Notes under the pieces: model-generated
The model's database searches: none
Seen by the model: only the letters and a program-made list of their open reading frames with translations
What the model was told of the DNA's origin: nothing
Assembly: GCA_964016885.1 (NCBI GenBank)
Contig: OZ024740.1
Location: 81,220,001-81,284,000 of the forward strand
Source of the DNA: Eledone cirrhosa
Taxonomy: Eukaryota
Length of the DNA stretch: 64,000 bases
Direction of reading: 5' to 3'
Shown here: in pieces, positions 1-17,031 of the stretch
Numbering within the stretch: the first letter of the stretch is position 1
Layout of the letters: each line of letters begins with the position of its first letter
Position numbers and translations under genes: made by a program

Positions 1-560
1 TTGTAATCTTAGACAAACTCTTATCCAGACCACTTAAACTACATACCTATCTTAATTAGACACAGAGGGATATCGCATATTCCTGTGCTAAAAATATGAA
101 AGCACATATCACCACGAGCCCCAAGCGCTCACACCCACCGGGATGCTCTTGCAGAAGGCCAAAAGCATCCCCCTTCATGAACAGTGTAACGTACCCGCAG
201 TAGTCTATGAGATTGAAGTTACAGCTATTCGGCCTAAGCAACAGCAGGGGGGTCAAAACATATGCAGGTACGGCGTAGGGTCAGTTTAGAGAACCCTTCC
301 TTAAAAAACAAATTACCTTTAGATACTCTAATAAACTATAGTCAATGAAGCTGACAAGCCATATGTGGTCACTCAAAGTTGTAGACGTCGATTACGCCAT
401 TCAAAGAAAAGTTATAACAAACTCCCTGCAATATGGAAATGGGAATATGACATTTAGAGTGTGTATCGGTGAAGTAATGAATAACTTGGAGAGATTTCGT
501 AATAAAATTTGTCTGAAAGCAAGAGCCGATTTTTGTATTACGACCGCTTGGTTCCGCTGT
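1..560 (+). mobile_element. Degenerate Penelope-like element 3' fragment (Cys linker plus GIY-YIG region)
   Basis: Colinear nucleotide similarity to the PLE at 48170-48760 (YSCAKNMKAHIT...PPGCSCR.P...P), with frameshifts. Confidence 0.7.
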
Positions 561-600
561 CGGAATTTTACATAACTGTCTCTCTCTTTCTCTCTATGTC

Positions 601-734
<134 letters not shown>

Positions 735-1289
735 CATAAGACCCTTGCAGGTCATTTATAACCACAAGACTGCTAAAATCTATAATACAATAGACTTTTC
801 TTGACTTTCACAGTCTTGTCGTCAAGAGTGTTGTGGCTTACGTTTTAGTGCCACTTTCATTTTAGGCATATTCCCCTCACAACTGAAATACGACGAAAAC
901 AAGAATAAAGTTGAAATAAAATTTCCTTCCCGAAATCTAGAAACTCTTATGGTTATAAACATCATAAACATTGATGACCGCTAACATTACTAGAAGGTAA
1001 GCGAAATAAAACCAACTATTGAAAAAATACAAATAGAAACTGAAACACATCATATATTATTTTAACGGAAATATAAGTAATTGTGACAAAAGCAATATGT
1101 TTTTTAACCTTGCATAATTTTGAATACATCGCACATATTAATGACGTAAGTAAAGAAAAGCGTAAATTTACAAGTGACCGGAAAGGTAGCGCCAATAAAA
1201 TAAACACAAAATAAAATAAAATATTTATATTGGTAAATGCATAACCCCTAATCTATGTAGGATTCACTCAATCATATATATATACAGAT

Positions 1290-1850
1290 CAGTGAAAAAT
1301 ATGAAATCATTATAGCCACTTCCACCCCACAATAACTTTAATAAAAATACCTCCGCATTATACTGTCACACATTAAACTATACACGTATACGATCAGTTG
1401 AAGGATTTCTAGAGATTGTAGATGAAACTAAAGAAATTGGTACCAACACTAACCTAGATCTACAAAGCCTGTTTACTAAAGGCTCAGGGACAAATATAGA
1501 TATTATATTATTTACTTTATATAAGTACACTACACAACAACCCTATTCGATACCAGTAAACCTATTGACAATACTGCAACCGAATTTCTCTGTCTATAAG
1601 GCTTTATATATAAAGCAAAAGATGGAGAGGCTACCGGTTCTCAGTTAAAGTCATAGATCGCTGCAATCTATATGGCCAGAAGAGATAAAGTGTATATCAA
1701 CAGAAAAACTCCTTCCTTAGAGCAATATAAAGCCATACACTGGATTAGTAAAATCAAAAGAATTAAGTAAATATTTATCAATAACAGACATGCTTATAGA
1801 CTCTCACAGGAAAACGCATCATAATCATCGAAATCATATATACATATTGA
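1290..1850 (+). pseudogene. Highly decayed PLE reverse transcriptase fragment
   Basis: Remnant motifs LDLQSLFT (approx. xDVxSLFT) and Y(K)QKDGEATGSQL (approx. YxQxxGxxMGSPL), with many stops. Confidence 0.45.
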
Positions 1851-2186
1851 GCATGGGACAAACGAATGGCACAGAAAACGTGGAAAAGGCGGACACATGA
1901 AGAATTTCCGCTCGTCGCGCGACAACAGGGTGACCTTTTAGTTTCAGTGACTTTAAAATTACTAGCTCTCTTCTCAAGGCACCAATAGCCTCTAAGATAA
2001 GAGATCTAATGCATACAGCACAAGACAGTAACTATAAGGATCGGGCAGGGAAATAAGGCGAAAAATATCGTAGCGATAAGGAGCAGCAGAATATAGTATA
2101 AAGCGGAGAAAAGGCAAATTACAAATGTGGGATAAATAGAATAATTATTTCTTATTAGCACAATGAATACCAGTATCTTTATTCTC

Positions 2187-4960
<2,774 letters not shown>

Positions 4961-6489
4961 TCAATCATATAACGATGACGTGGATAACTTCCTCCTATCG
5001 ATCGAATTCTTTCGAAGTAAACTTGTGTTGAAGATAAAAATAGCAATTATTTCTTAACGTGTAGATTTGGTCAGTGATGTAACTAAAGGGAGAACATGCG
5101 TTCCCTCTAATAGGTAAAGGTGACTCGTATTCATACCTTTGCCTTATACATATTAAGATATGTATATGTGTGTGTCTGTGATTATTTTCGTCAGTGTTAG
5201 GCTTCTATTTGTGGTGTTTTTCATAAATACATGTAGCTTAGTGATTCGATAAGTATAAACCGATAAATTAACTATCACATCAATTGACCACATTTTCTGA
5301 AGTGGGGTACCAACTATGATCCCTATGACTGTAGCAATTGCAAATATAAACGAATATCATATTAAACGAAGCTAACTCACTCAACTTCACTATTTAGATC
5401 TCTGAAACAGAAATACCTATTCTGTTGCTAAAGAGCATTGTTTACTCCAGACTTCACTCTTTATTGATTATGTTCTAATTAAATTCTCTTTATTGATTTG
5501 TAATAATGGTTTATTAATAGGCTTTTTACAATTCCTTGCATCACGGAAAGAGATAGCAATGATAAATCATATGACACCATTAATAAGGAAATTAAAGACA
5601 AAATATGTTATTCCTCGTTACGTCTTTTTAATGCCTCATATTCATGTTTAAAGATATCTGGTGTTAATGGAATAAGCTAAATAAAATGGATTATATTCTA
5701 TATGAATATTGATTTCAAATAGCATAACAGATGTCAACGATTCTATAGATTTCAGATACTCATCTATAATATCAGAACAAATGATTCCGTGCTTCTTACT
5801 TGTCTAGACCGGTTATACAGAACATACAACCTTCTGATTTAGTTTCAATCAATAATAATAAGATCATGTATATTTAGATGAAAGGAAATTACAATGTTTT
5901 AACTACATATATTTTCAAAAGAAAAAAAATCAAACAAAATATGAAATACATAGAATCAAACATTAATGTCATAAACGAAGTGTAAATCGGGACATTGACT
6001 AAACTACTCAATGATAAATTTCTTTTTGTTAGGCTGCTCGTCTGCTAGGGTGCCTAATACGTATACGTATTTCAGAAACACTGCATTGCTTTGTAATATT
6101 CGCTGACTATCGTATATCACATTCTTTACAAAGATCGAAAGATTAATTAGTTTTTATTCTGTAGGATGAACTAGTATTTATTATCACATATTAAATAGTA
6201 CTTCTCAATTGTTTCAATTGCACATTTATTGATATTAGACAGTGGGATGAGCAACTCTTGAGAAGATGCTGTTATTCAATGCTTATGCATAATACAGGTT
6301 TTACAAATAAAGAAGAAAAATGGAACAACGGAACCAGTTGTTACAGCTTAAAGACAATTCGCCCACAATGCAACCACATGATATGGTTTGAAAACAAGTG
6401 GCTATTTATTGGTTACCAATAATAAATCATTTTGTTTCATTTAAATGCATTACAATTACTATTCTTTCTTTGATTCTAAGATCGCCTAA

Positions 6490-7560
6490 GTACCTCTTCC
6501 TGGCTTCAATAGCAATTGTTGTTTTCTTATTGGTTTTTGAATGTATTTAAGTGTTTACTTAGGGACGATGCGTTTGTATTAAGATGTACTTGAATGAGGG
6601 TGTGGGCAGCTCTAAAGGTACTAGTGATGTAATCGTCCCTGCATTTGTCGCATTGGATGCGGCTTTTTAGGTTTGTTCGTTGACACATACCTGTGTAACG
6701 AATGTCACGTACATCGGTTATTGTTGACCCCGGGTCACTTTATTGATAGGTGATTTCTTAGTGCAAAGCCGGAGTGAGCTAAGTGTGTGTGTAGTCATTC
6801 TTTGCGGATGGCTCTGCAGATCACAGTGGTTTTATTTTCACTGACGTGTGGGAGCTTCAGGAAGCAGGTTTTAGAGTACCTAGTTTTCTGGTGCTCTGAG
6901 CTCTTACGACACATTATGGTGGGTGTTGTGTATACATTCGCATTACGTACATCCAGAAAATGTGCCATGTGTGTGGATTGGTGCTCCTCCTTTCTGTATT
7001 TATTCCCAATTCCTGTTTTAGCACAATTGGAAAGGATGTCACATCCATCTGTTGTCCTCAGTTGGAAGTTGAGTAAGGACAGGGATCCAGTGTTATTAGG
7101 GTGTTATACGCCGAACTGTATATAACCCTGCATGTTCGCTAAGATTGTGGATATCTTGTCGGGCTCTTCTCTCGAGGACTTGAAGATAAGAATATTGTCT
7201 ATTTACCTGGTGGAGAATGTAAATGTGTAGTAGGCTTTGGGCTGTCGATATTCCTGCTGGTTCGTGTAAGTTATGGCTAGTAGTTCTGATAACATCCATC
7301 CTGTAGGTAGGCTTGTTTTCTGTTTGCTAGTGTGGTAATACTAGGTGAAGAAGGTGTTGCCCACAATGATGTTTAGGAGTCGGTGCATGATGGATGTGGT
7401 GAAGCCGAAACACTATACGTTGTGAGAAATGATATAGTTAATCTCTAGGTCGAGAGCCGGGTGAGCAGATACTGGTGTGTTGCGGGAGATAGCATCTACG
7501 CTAAATGTGTATCTATTATGTCGAGGTTGTTCTGATGGTAGTGGGCTGAGTCTATAAGCC
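6490..7560 (-). mobile_element. Possible decayed non-LTR (LINE) 3' fragment
   Basis: Purine/pyrimidine skew and weak LINE-like C-terminal peptide (LQVLERRA). Loosely resembles 59280-59930. Confidence 0.3.
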
Positions 7561-7732
7561 AGCTTATAGACTCAGCCACTACCATCAGAAGAACCTAGAC
7601 ATAATAGATACACATTTAGCGTAGATGCTATCTCCCGCAACACACCAGTATCTGCTCACCCGGCTCTCGACCTAGAGATTAACTATATCATTTCTCACAA
7701 CGTATAGTGTTTCGGCTTCACCACATCCATCA
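7388..7732. repeat. Near-perfect 345-bp palindrome (arms about 172 bp, 2-nt spacer)
   Basis: gatggatgtggtgaagccg...tataagc|ca|gcttata...cggcttcaccacatccatc, with only a few mismatches. Confidence 0.95.
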
Positions 7733-7874
7733 GTGCTACTTTGTCCAGGTAAAAAATCAATAAAACTAACTATAGTCACGACTTTGCACAGAAAAAATCT
7801 CTATATCTATAAAAATAAAAAAGAAAGAGCGAGAGTGAAAGAAACAGACATACTAAAAGAAGAGGATAGCGGGA

Positions 7875-7907
<33 letters not shown>

Positions 7908-8169
7908 CGACAGACGCTGTGTTTGATACATGACAATGGAAGAGGGGAAAGAAAGCTATAACTAATTAACATGTGTGCGTGCGCGCGTGTGTGTGTTCGT
8001 GCAGCGTTCCAGTAAGAGTTAAATCTATTAACATGTGTGTGTACGTGTACACGTGCGTGCGTGAGTGTGCGTGCGTATGAGCGTTTGAGTACGTGAGTGT
8101 GTGTGTGTGTGTGTACATCCATATGGCGTTTCACTTACGCCATTTTTTTCAGTGACAGTAGTTGTTGTA

Positions 8170-8345
8170 GACCCCCCCATGCTCAGATTCTTATTTGGTT
8201 GTCGACAAAAATCAGAGCAGACGACATCGACAAGATTATATCCGCAGAGCTTCCAAACCTGCAAACTGACAAAACCCTATTTGACAGGGTTACGGCGCAC
8301 AAGGTTCACGGTCCTTGTGGACGTGCTTCAAATCTAACTCCCCGT
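8170..8345 (+). mobile_element. Helitron Rep (HUH) fragment
   Basis: PPHAQILIWL...IDKIISAELP...LFDRV..H.VHGPCG matches the Helitron Rep motif 2 region (PHxHIL...IDxxISAE(I/L)P...MxHGPCG). Confidence 0.8.
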
Positions 8346-8472
8346 GTTTGAACAACGCGTTCACACATAAATATATATACATACACGAACACAATATAAG
8401 TGAGAGGACATAACATACGTACATTCACACACATGCACACACACACAAATGTATATATATATATATATATGT

Positions 8473-8564
<92 letters not shown>

Positions 8565-8738
8565 CATAGTATAACTGAACAAAACAAAAACGAACACAGA
8601 CATATACATATATGTGTTCAAATCGTAATGGACCAGAATCGCTAAGGTGAAAAAACTACAGACAATTGGGTTTGCCAGACTCAATTTAAGATAAATCAAG
8701 AAAAATAAATACAAATCATAATTGTGGTAACAACCGAA

Positions 8739-8819
8739 CACCTGGAGAGTTTTGATAAAACTGTTTCGCAATATTATCTGTGAAAAGGAGTACCAACGCC
8801 CTAAGCTCATCAGCGGGTG
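8739..8819 (-). ncRNA. Type I hammerhead ribozyme (slightly decayed)
   Basis: Minus strand: cacccg-CTGATGA-gc...gc-GAAA-cagtttt(atc)aaaactc-TC-caggtg. Confidence 0.55.
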
Positions 8820-9099
8820 AAGAAATTAGTATCGTGATCATTTCTAAATCTAATATAAAACTGGATTATGTCTGTATATGTAACGTACATGGTTCCCGAA
8901 CTTAGCGTGTCTCGCACATTTACGCCACTAAAAATAGCAGCCGAGTTTACTCAACATTTGAATTAGCTCGACGAATTAACCGAGCCGAATATATCAAAGG
9001 CATGTATTGAGTTAGAAATTCAAAATAGTCTCATTACAGTAAATTAACTCTACGAAAGAGGTTTTTCCGAGCCGTATAGTTATATATTTCGTTTTCTCT

Positions 9100-10850
9100 G
9101 ACAAAACCAAAAATCTTTATGAAGTCAATAACAGTTTGTATAATCAACTATTAACAGATAGCATCACTGCTAAATACCCAAAAGCTAGCATTAATACTTA
9201 TAATATCATTAATGATGAAGCTAACTCCTGTAGCTAGTATTTTAAAAATTGATAACCGAACTGAAAGGCTAGCCAAACCTAAAGGATATGTTACCCTTAA
9301 AGGCCATAAATCAGACTTTACTAATCGACCTAGTTGTAGACTAATCAACCCTGGTAAATCTGAAATTGGTATTGCGAGTAAAAAAATCCTAAGAAATATA
9401 ATACTTCAAATAAGAACTAAGACTGAATTGCCTCAATGGTTAAATACTCCCTCTGTTATATCTTGGTTTAATAATATACAAGGAAAAATAAGTGTACCAA
9501 TTTGATATTGTTGATATTTACCCCTCTATCACAGAATCCTTATTGATTAAAGCCTTAGATTTTGCTAGACGTTTCGTTAATATTTCTAAATTAGAGGAAG
9601 ATGTTATCTTACACGCTAGGAAAACACTACTTTTCGCTAAAGAAGATACTTGGGTTAAAAAATCAAACCCAGGAAACTCTTTTGATGTCTCGATGGGCTC
9701 ATATGATAGCACCGATGTGTGCGATTTAGTGGGATTATTCCTGCTCCACACCCTTAAAGAGAAATTTCCTTTCCATAATATCGGCTTATACCGAGACGAT
9801 GGTCCGCGAGTTTCTCATACCACCAACGGCCATAACCTTGATACATTCCGTAAAGACTTAATTAATACCTTTGCTAACTTAAACCTAAAAACTACTATAG
9901 ATACGAATGTTACTAATACGAACTTCCTCGATATCAATCTTATCATAAACCCAATGAAAATTTAAGATATATACACAAAGAGTCTTGCAATCCTCCTATA
10001 GTCTTTAAAAATCTTATTCCTAATATTAGTCTTAGGATCTCTACCTTATCTTCGTCTATAGATATTTTAATAAAGCTGCCCCTTATTATAATAAGGTCCT
10101 CAAAAACAGCGGCTTCATCGAACAAATCAAATATTTACCTACTCCTCTTTCTAACACTAAACACCACAAAAGAAAAATGATATGGTTTACAGCTCCTTTC
10201 TCTCTAACAGTTAAAACTAACTTAGGAAGAAAATTCCTCGAAATCCAAGACAAAATATTTCCCCCCAAATCATAGATATAATAAGATATTTAATACAAAT
10301 TTAGTTAAAATTAGCTACTCTTGCTGCCCATTAATGAAAAACCAAAATCACCAACTCAAATATAACTAGCGGAAACCCAGGATGCAGTTGCAGGAAACCA
10401 GCAGAATTCCCATTACAGGGTAAATGTAATACAATGTCTATTGTATATGAGGCCAAGCTGACACCGATTATGAATAACCAGCTAGCCAGAAGTGAACGAT
10501 ATGTTGGCATGACACAGGACAAATTTAAAATCAGGTATTATGCACACGTCGCTTCATTCAAACACCATTAAAAAAGAACATCAACGGCGCTGGCAAATAA
10601 AGTGTGGGAATTTATAAACAGAAACATTCCATATTCTATTGATTGGTCAATTTTAGACCACTCAAACGAATATCAAATAGGCACAAAGTAATGTTCTTTG
10701 TGTTTAACGAAAACATTCAGTATTTTGCAAAATCTGAAAACCCCTACCACTTGGCTCAACTCTAAAACTGCCATCATCAGAAGATGCCCGCACCTGAAAT
10801 CGCATCTCCTTTTTAGCTGGATTAATACACCAACGATCACTCAACCAGCC
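9100..10850 (+). mobile_element. Penelope-like element remnant (RT plus GIY-YIG), frameshifted
   Basis: CRLINPGKSEIG, FDIVDIYPSI, MGSYDSTDVCDLVG and LYRDDG in RT. CSCRKP..P linker. YVGMT..FKIRYYAH and CSLCLTE in the endonuclease. Confidence 0.92.
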
Positions 10851-12399
10851 TGAGCTTTCTCTTATATATTAACCCTTCCACTCACTACCAATATCATCAC
10901 TTTACGAATACCACATCTTACCCAGTTCATCATATATACACATACTTTCTACCAATATATACATTTATCTCCCTCATGTTTATTTATTTATTTCATTTGA
11001 TTTATACTCCCCCTCTTTTTTCTGCATATACACCCAGCACTTTCATTCTGTCCACCTATTTACCCCCCCCCCTATTTACCCAGATCACTTTATCAACACA
11101 TACCTTTATCCAGGTCTATTTATAAACATTAATTTCCACCACAACTATTAATTTATACACTTTTTTCTCCTCCATCTGTTCATTTTCTTTTAGATTATTT
11201 TAGTTATACCCTCCCCCATGTCCTTACACACCCACCAGGTTTTAAGTATATATACGCGTTTTTATTTTTATTTTTATATGTCATTTTTATAATTAAGTGT
11301 GTTTCCTCACTTAGTTCCTTTATATAGTTTGTCTTAAGTATGTTTTTACCTATACACACATAGGTATGCCTGCGTACACGTGTGGATACGTATATGCATG
11401 GATGTATGTGTACGTGTGTATATGAGGGTGGTTCTATATGTCTATATACCTGTAATTTTATTTCTCACTCTTAGTACGGCTGATACCTAAATATAAGTAT
11501 TCATACGTACATACATATATGTGTACAGACGTACAGTAGTATGGATATAAATACATACATGCAGACATATATATATATATGTACGTATGGGTTTACCGAA
11601 CATTTATTATAATGTTCGGTTTGTTTGTAAACAAACATCCCGAATTACGCCGTACAGTGCTCGGCAACTATCATCGCCCTTTTGTTCAACACTGACACAG
11701 TAACGATGTACTAGTTTCAAGCTTATTAGCTATCGTCAGCATCGTATACCTTTCTGTCAGATGATTGAACGTCTGAAAGTATATACATTCCTTATGCATA
11801 TTAACGGACGAGCTTCTTATTGGCAACATGACCCTCCCAAAGCATAACAATATATATATATATGGTGTACACTCACTTTTCATGTAAAATTTAAAAGTCT
11901 CCTAATGAAGATTTTACAACTAGTTCATCACATCAAACTGGATGACGCAAACAAACCGCAATCAGTAATAATCATAAGTATATATTTAAGCCTGGCTACG
12001 TGTTAAAATGCTGTGTGTTATAAATTTAGAAACGTAGATAAATTCATGCTCAAGTGGGTTGGTGCTACTATGATCATTGCGAAAGTCAAATAATTTTTGA
12101 CGGATAAAATTACACACATGATCATAGAAAAACTCATTAGAATTACTGACAATTACAAGTGTGACCTTTGATAATTACTGTAATCATTACAGCCATATTT
12201 CAATCTAATGATACCTACACAGCATAGCATAACATTAACCATACCCACCAGATATTGTAATCGATGAGCATAACATATATTTAAGTGAAAAATTATTTGT
12301 GGTTGATAATAATTGAATGCTTTTTCTTCCTGGTTCACTACATTAAATTTGAAAGATATCATTTGTGTATATGTTTTTAATGCGAAGGCATACATGATA

Positions 12400-14100
12400 C
12401 ATTAATTGCAATTAGATAAATGTATATAAGTTTCCACCAATATTATCTGAGTTTTATATTGAACGGAATAACAATATCCATTTAAAAACGATTCCACTAA
12501 GAGGTGGTTGCTGAGACATACACGAATTTCTATGTTATGTATGGTGACTGTCAAGAAAGGATTTGAAGGTTGGTAGCATCTCATTTTTCTTGATTTGTTT
12601 GGAAAAGACAGAATGGTGAGGTTTCAGTTAAATAATAATCTGTTTTGGTGCAGTATGATTGGAGGTTATTTGACTTTAGAAGAGCCTAGAAAGTACGGTT
12701 TTCTAGCCTTAGATGAAATTTAGACATTAGGTTTACAATATTTGTGAAATACTGATAATTTGGCTTCCATCTACGACTGGGAATGAATTCTGTATACTTT
12801 GTTCCCACATCGCAAAGAATAAAATTAAAGCTTTGTAAGGAGATCGCTGTAAAGATATCTGGTAATGTCATTGATTCTTGAGCAGTCTCAAGTATCAACA
12901 TTTATTTTTTGTTTATATTGATACAAAACAGTGGGAACGCAATGAAACTATATATGGAGATTTGAAAAATTCGGAATAGCAAGGTCTTCGTACGATCAGT
13001 GGCATCAACATTATTTTTAACGTGGGATTTATAGCTGTAGTGGTCTTTGAAATTCAATATGACGCATGGCGTGTTTCACTTTCGTTTCTATTTCTATTAC
13101 ATTTACTGCCATCTAGGTCTTCAAGAAATTCATCTCTAAGATCTTTTAGGATGTGGCACTGCATTTGGTTTCAATTTTATGTTTTCTTACACTAAATTTC
13201 GGATGTAATTAGACGGTGGTACTAAGATTGAGGAGCGTAATTTTGTTTCCACTCTGTGTACGTTGGGAGAGTTTGAGAACATGTTTTTCCTGTGTAGGCA
13301 GAGAAACTTTTCCGGCGTACATTTTGCTTCATTTATTTTTGTGTCTAATTTACCGTGAAATGGATGTCAATAAATTCTCAAGAGATACGTTTATATAGTT
13401 TTGTAAATGCTTCTTACTGATTTATCGATATCTTTCCTTAACTGTATAATTTTGCTTTTATGTTATCTATATCATGATTTGTCTGTATGTTTCGTTCGAT
13501 CAATCTTGTCTAGAATTTTTTCGCACATTTATTATAATTTTGTTGATGTTTTATCGTGGTAATTTTAGGTAAGTTGCATTCAATACACGATTGTGTATCC
13601 ATTTTACAAATTATTATTTTTTCGTATTTTTCGCAGAGGTTTTGCAATTTGTTAGGAATATTAGAGCATTTATACCCGTCAACACTTTTCCTACAGGTTG
13701 AAATGATATAGACATACGTGGCAGCAACCTTATGGACGAGCTGCCCAATGTGATTAGGGTAGACGCTAACACTTAGATTGATGCTTGACATATATATTTC
13801 ATAAGTCAAGTATATGTTTTTCTTTGTACCTGATTTATGCTATCTGTGGATGCATTTTGATATTATGCTTACCACACGTATTACTGTTGTTAATACGTGT
13901 ATATATTTGGTGGGATTCTGGGGAAACGCACATAATTTAGTGGTACCACATACATTTTAATGACAACAGCAGAATGTTCACTAATTTTCGTTGTGATGAA
14001 AAAACTGAAATAATTATTGGACAACAGACATTTTGGATAGGAGATCACCCGCCGAGGGATGGGTAGAACCAGACAAACCGGATGATGTCTGGACACGCCA
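12400..14100 (-). mobile_element. Possible ancient Helitron Rep remnant
   Basis: Scattered degenerate motifs (IE...P/HxHI near 13060-13100, DGKPNY, PY..LLLK). No intact frame. Confidence 0.25.
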
Positions 14101-14632
14101 CCCATTCCTGATTTGTCATATTACTTTCGTGTATTTCATACCAACACTGCTCTTCCTTCAGACAAATCACTGAATCTCTCTCTCTCTCCCATCCCCTCTC
14201 TCTCCTTCTTCATTTCTTTACTTGGCCATATATACATGTGTTATGTACACACCTGAGAATCTAGTTATATTGTTCATATTGTTTTTTTTCCTTGCAGCGA
14301 CCGTTTGTTTGTTATACATGAGTCAGATATTTTTTGTGCACTGTACTGTCTCATGCAATCGAAAGAGACTCCTATTCTTTATATTCTTTTCTCATGTTGT
14401 CTATTCGGTAGAAGCTAAACAATTCTAATCTACTAATGCAGTATGGTACTCGGTCGCACGCTCTACATCAAACCGGCATTTTACTCAACCTACTATCGGT
14501 GGCTGAAGAAGCAAATATTGTTCATCATGTGACGTAGTCATGTGTGCATTGGTATTCGTTGTGGTTATTTAGTTACATATATATAAATATCTCTCTCCCT
14601 CACTCACTCTCTCTCTCTCTATATATATATAT

Positions 14633-14930
<298 letters not shown>

Positions 14931-14950
14931 TATATATATATATATATACA

Positions 14951-15050
<100 letters not shown>

Positions 15051-15075
15051 TAAACATATATAAATATATACATAC

Positions 15076-15150
<75 letters not shown>

Positions 15151-15276
15151 AAGTTTTATTTAAATTGTTGGGTTACAACGAGTAAATATTTATAACTGAT
15201 ATAAAAGCACTCAACAAGTATTTGGACTATATTTACGATATTAAATAAATGGAAACTATATTTATAAAACCATATT

Positions 15277-15342
15277 TATTTCATTATATATATTTCAGGG
15301 ATATCATATTAAAAATATGTTATGCCTTCTTCAGACAAAATA
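15277..15342 (-). ncRNA. Type I hammerhead ribozyme
   Basis: Minus strand: tattttgt-CTGAAGA-agg..catatt(ttt)aatatg..cct-GAAA-tatata-TA-atgaaata. Stem I pairs with two G-U wobbles. Helix III is palindromic. Confidence 0.8.
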
Positions 15343-15601
15343 CAATATAAACAGTCTTATAAATAGATAGATTCGACATACCTTTCAACTTCGACTTCCA
15401 TTTGAAAAGTTGATTTGGTAGTGAAAAATATTAGGGACAGTTATAAAAAGAAAGAAAGAAAAACGAAGAAAAAGAAGAAATCCATGCAACTAAATAGAGA
15501 GAGATAGATATAGAGAGATAGATAGAGAGAAGAAATTCATGTAAAGAAACTGAGAGAGATATATAGAGAGAGGAGGAAAAAAAACACAGAGGGAGATAGA
15601 T

Positions 15602-15660
<59 letters not shown>

Positions 15661-16110
15661 TATAGAGAGATAGATATAGATAGAGATAGAGAGAAAGAGA
15701 ATAGGTAGTTGGGCACCAGTTGAATGACGTATCAATGATATATTTATTTATTTATTTATTTAGCTCTAGTATTAATGTAGAGAGAGATATATGTGGTTAG
15801 GAGAGAAAACAGCCGTTACATAGAGAGAAAAGAAAAATATCCAGACATAAACGAGGCAGATTTAAAACACTATGTTTCATCAATGTAAAAATATCAATTC
15901 GTATAAATCAGGCATTATAATGTAAATATCAGTATTCATGAATGAGACACGTATCAATAATGTGTGAAAAATAATGATCATATGTCTAGTTTAAAATTCC
16001 TAGGTTTATATCAGAGTTGAGATAAATAGAAGGTTATCCCAGATTCGATACTATAGACATCCATGTGAATTTATATATATATTTATATATACATACATAT
16101 ATACATATAT

Positions 16111-16936
16111 ATCTTTAGGTTTGTTGGTTCCCCACTGGATAGAACTGGTCATTCCGTATGGTCAATCCTGGTGTAATATTGTGAAGAGTACTCAACGCAG
16201 TGCAGTTCACCCATCTTCGTTTGTGTAGTTGGTGGTGCGAATACGGTGTTAATTATAAATGAAATAACAGGAGGCTGGACTGGTGTAAATCATTGAGGGT
16301 TAATTATACAATGATCATTTCAATGACCGGGTTCCATATGAATATCTGGTGAGGGGGCAAAGGCTTATAACGTACTACCACCACTCCGTCACAGAAGAAT
16401 GGCATTTTCTAACATGAATGTAGGTTGACCATTACACTACACTTCTTTCTCCCTTTCTTTCTTTCTTTCTTTCTTTCTTCCCCTTCTTCTTTGACGGAGT
16501 GGTGGTAGTACGTTATAAGCCTTTGCCCCCTCACCAGGTATTCACTAGTAGTTTTCAGTTTCCAACACTTTGAGGGCGGCTGGCTGCGAAGCTAGTTGGT
16601 CAGCCGTCCTCTCTGTCTCTGGTTTCTCGGACCCATGGTTTTTCGAACCCATGGCTTTTTACATATTCCTTTGTTATATTCCAATACCTGATGATATCAC
16701 CGAATTCATATGGAACCCGGTCATTGAAATGATCATAGTATAATAAACCTTTCAAGGATTTACACCAGTCCAGCCTCCTGTTATTTCATTTTTAATTAAC
16801 ACGGTATTCGCACCACCAACTACACAAACGAAGACGGGTGAACTTCACTGCGTTGAGTACTCTTCACAATATTACACCAGGATTGACCATACGGAATGAC
16901 CAGTTCTATCCAGTGGGGAACCAACAAACCTAAAGA
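16111..16936. mobile_element. (TA)n-flanked fold-back non-coding cassette (inverted pLTR-like arms about 16111-16400 and 16486-16936)
   Basis: Arms are reverse complements at roughly 90-95% by eye. Same family as 22768-24432. Confidence 0.9.
16684..16741 (+). ncRNA. Minimal type I hammerhead ribozyme
   Basis: atac-CTGATGA-stem II-GAAA-tgatca-TA-gtat. Helix III is the palindrome ATGATCAT. Confidence 0.8.
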
Positions 16937-17031
16937 TATATATATATATATATATGTGTATATATATGTAAGTATATATATATATATATATGTATGTATA
17001 TATATATATATATATATGTTTATATATATAT

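Noticed and set aside
1928-1983. TTGAGAA...GAAA...GTC hammerhead-like string (minus strand)
   Set aside because: Stems I and II are out of register. Could be chance.
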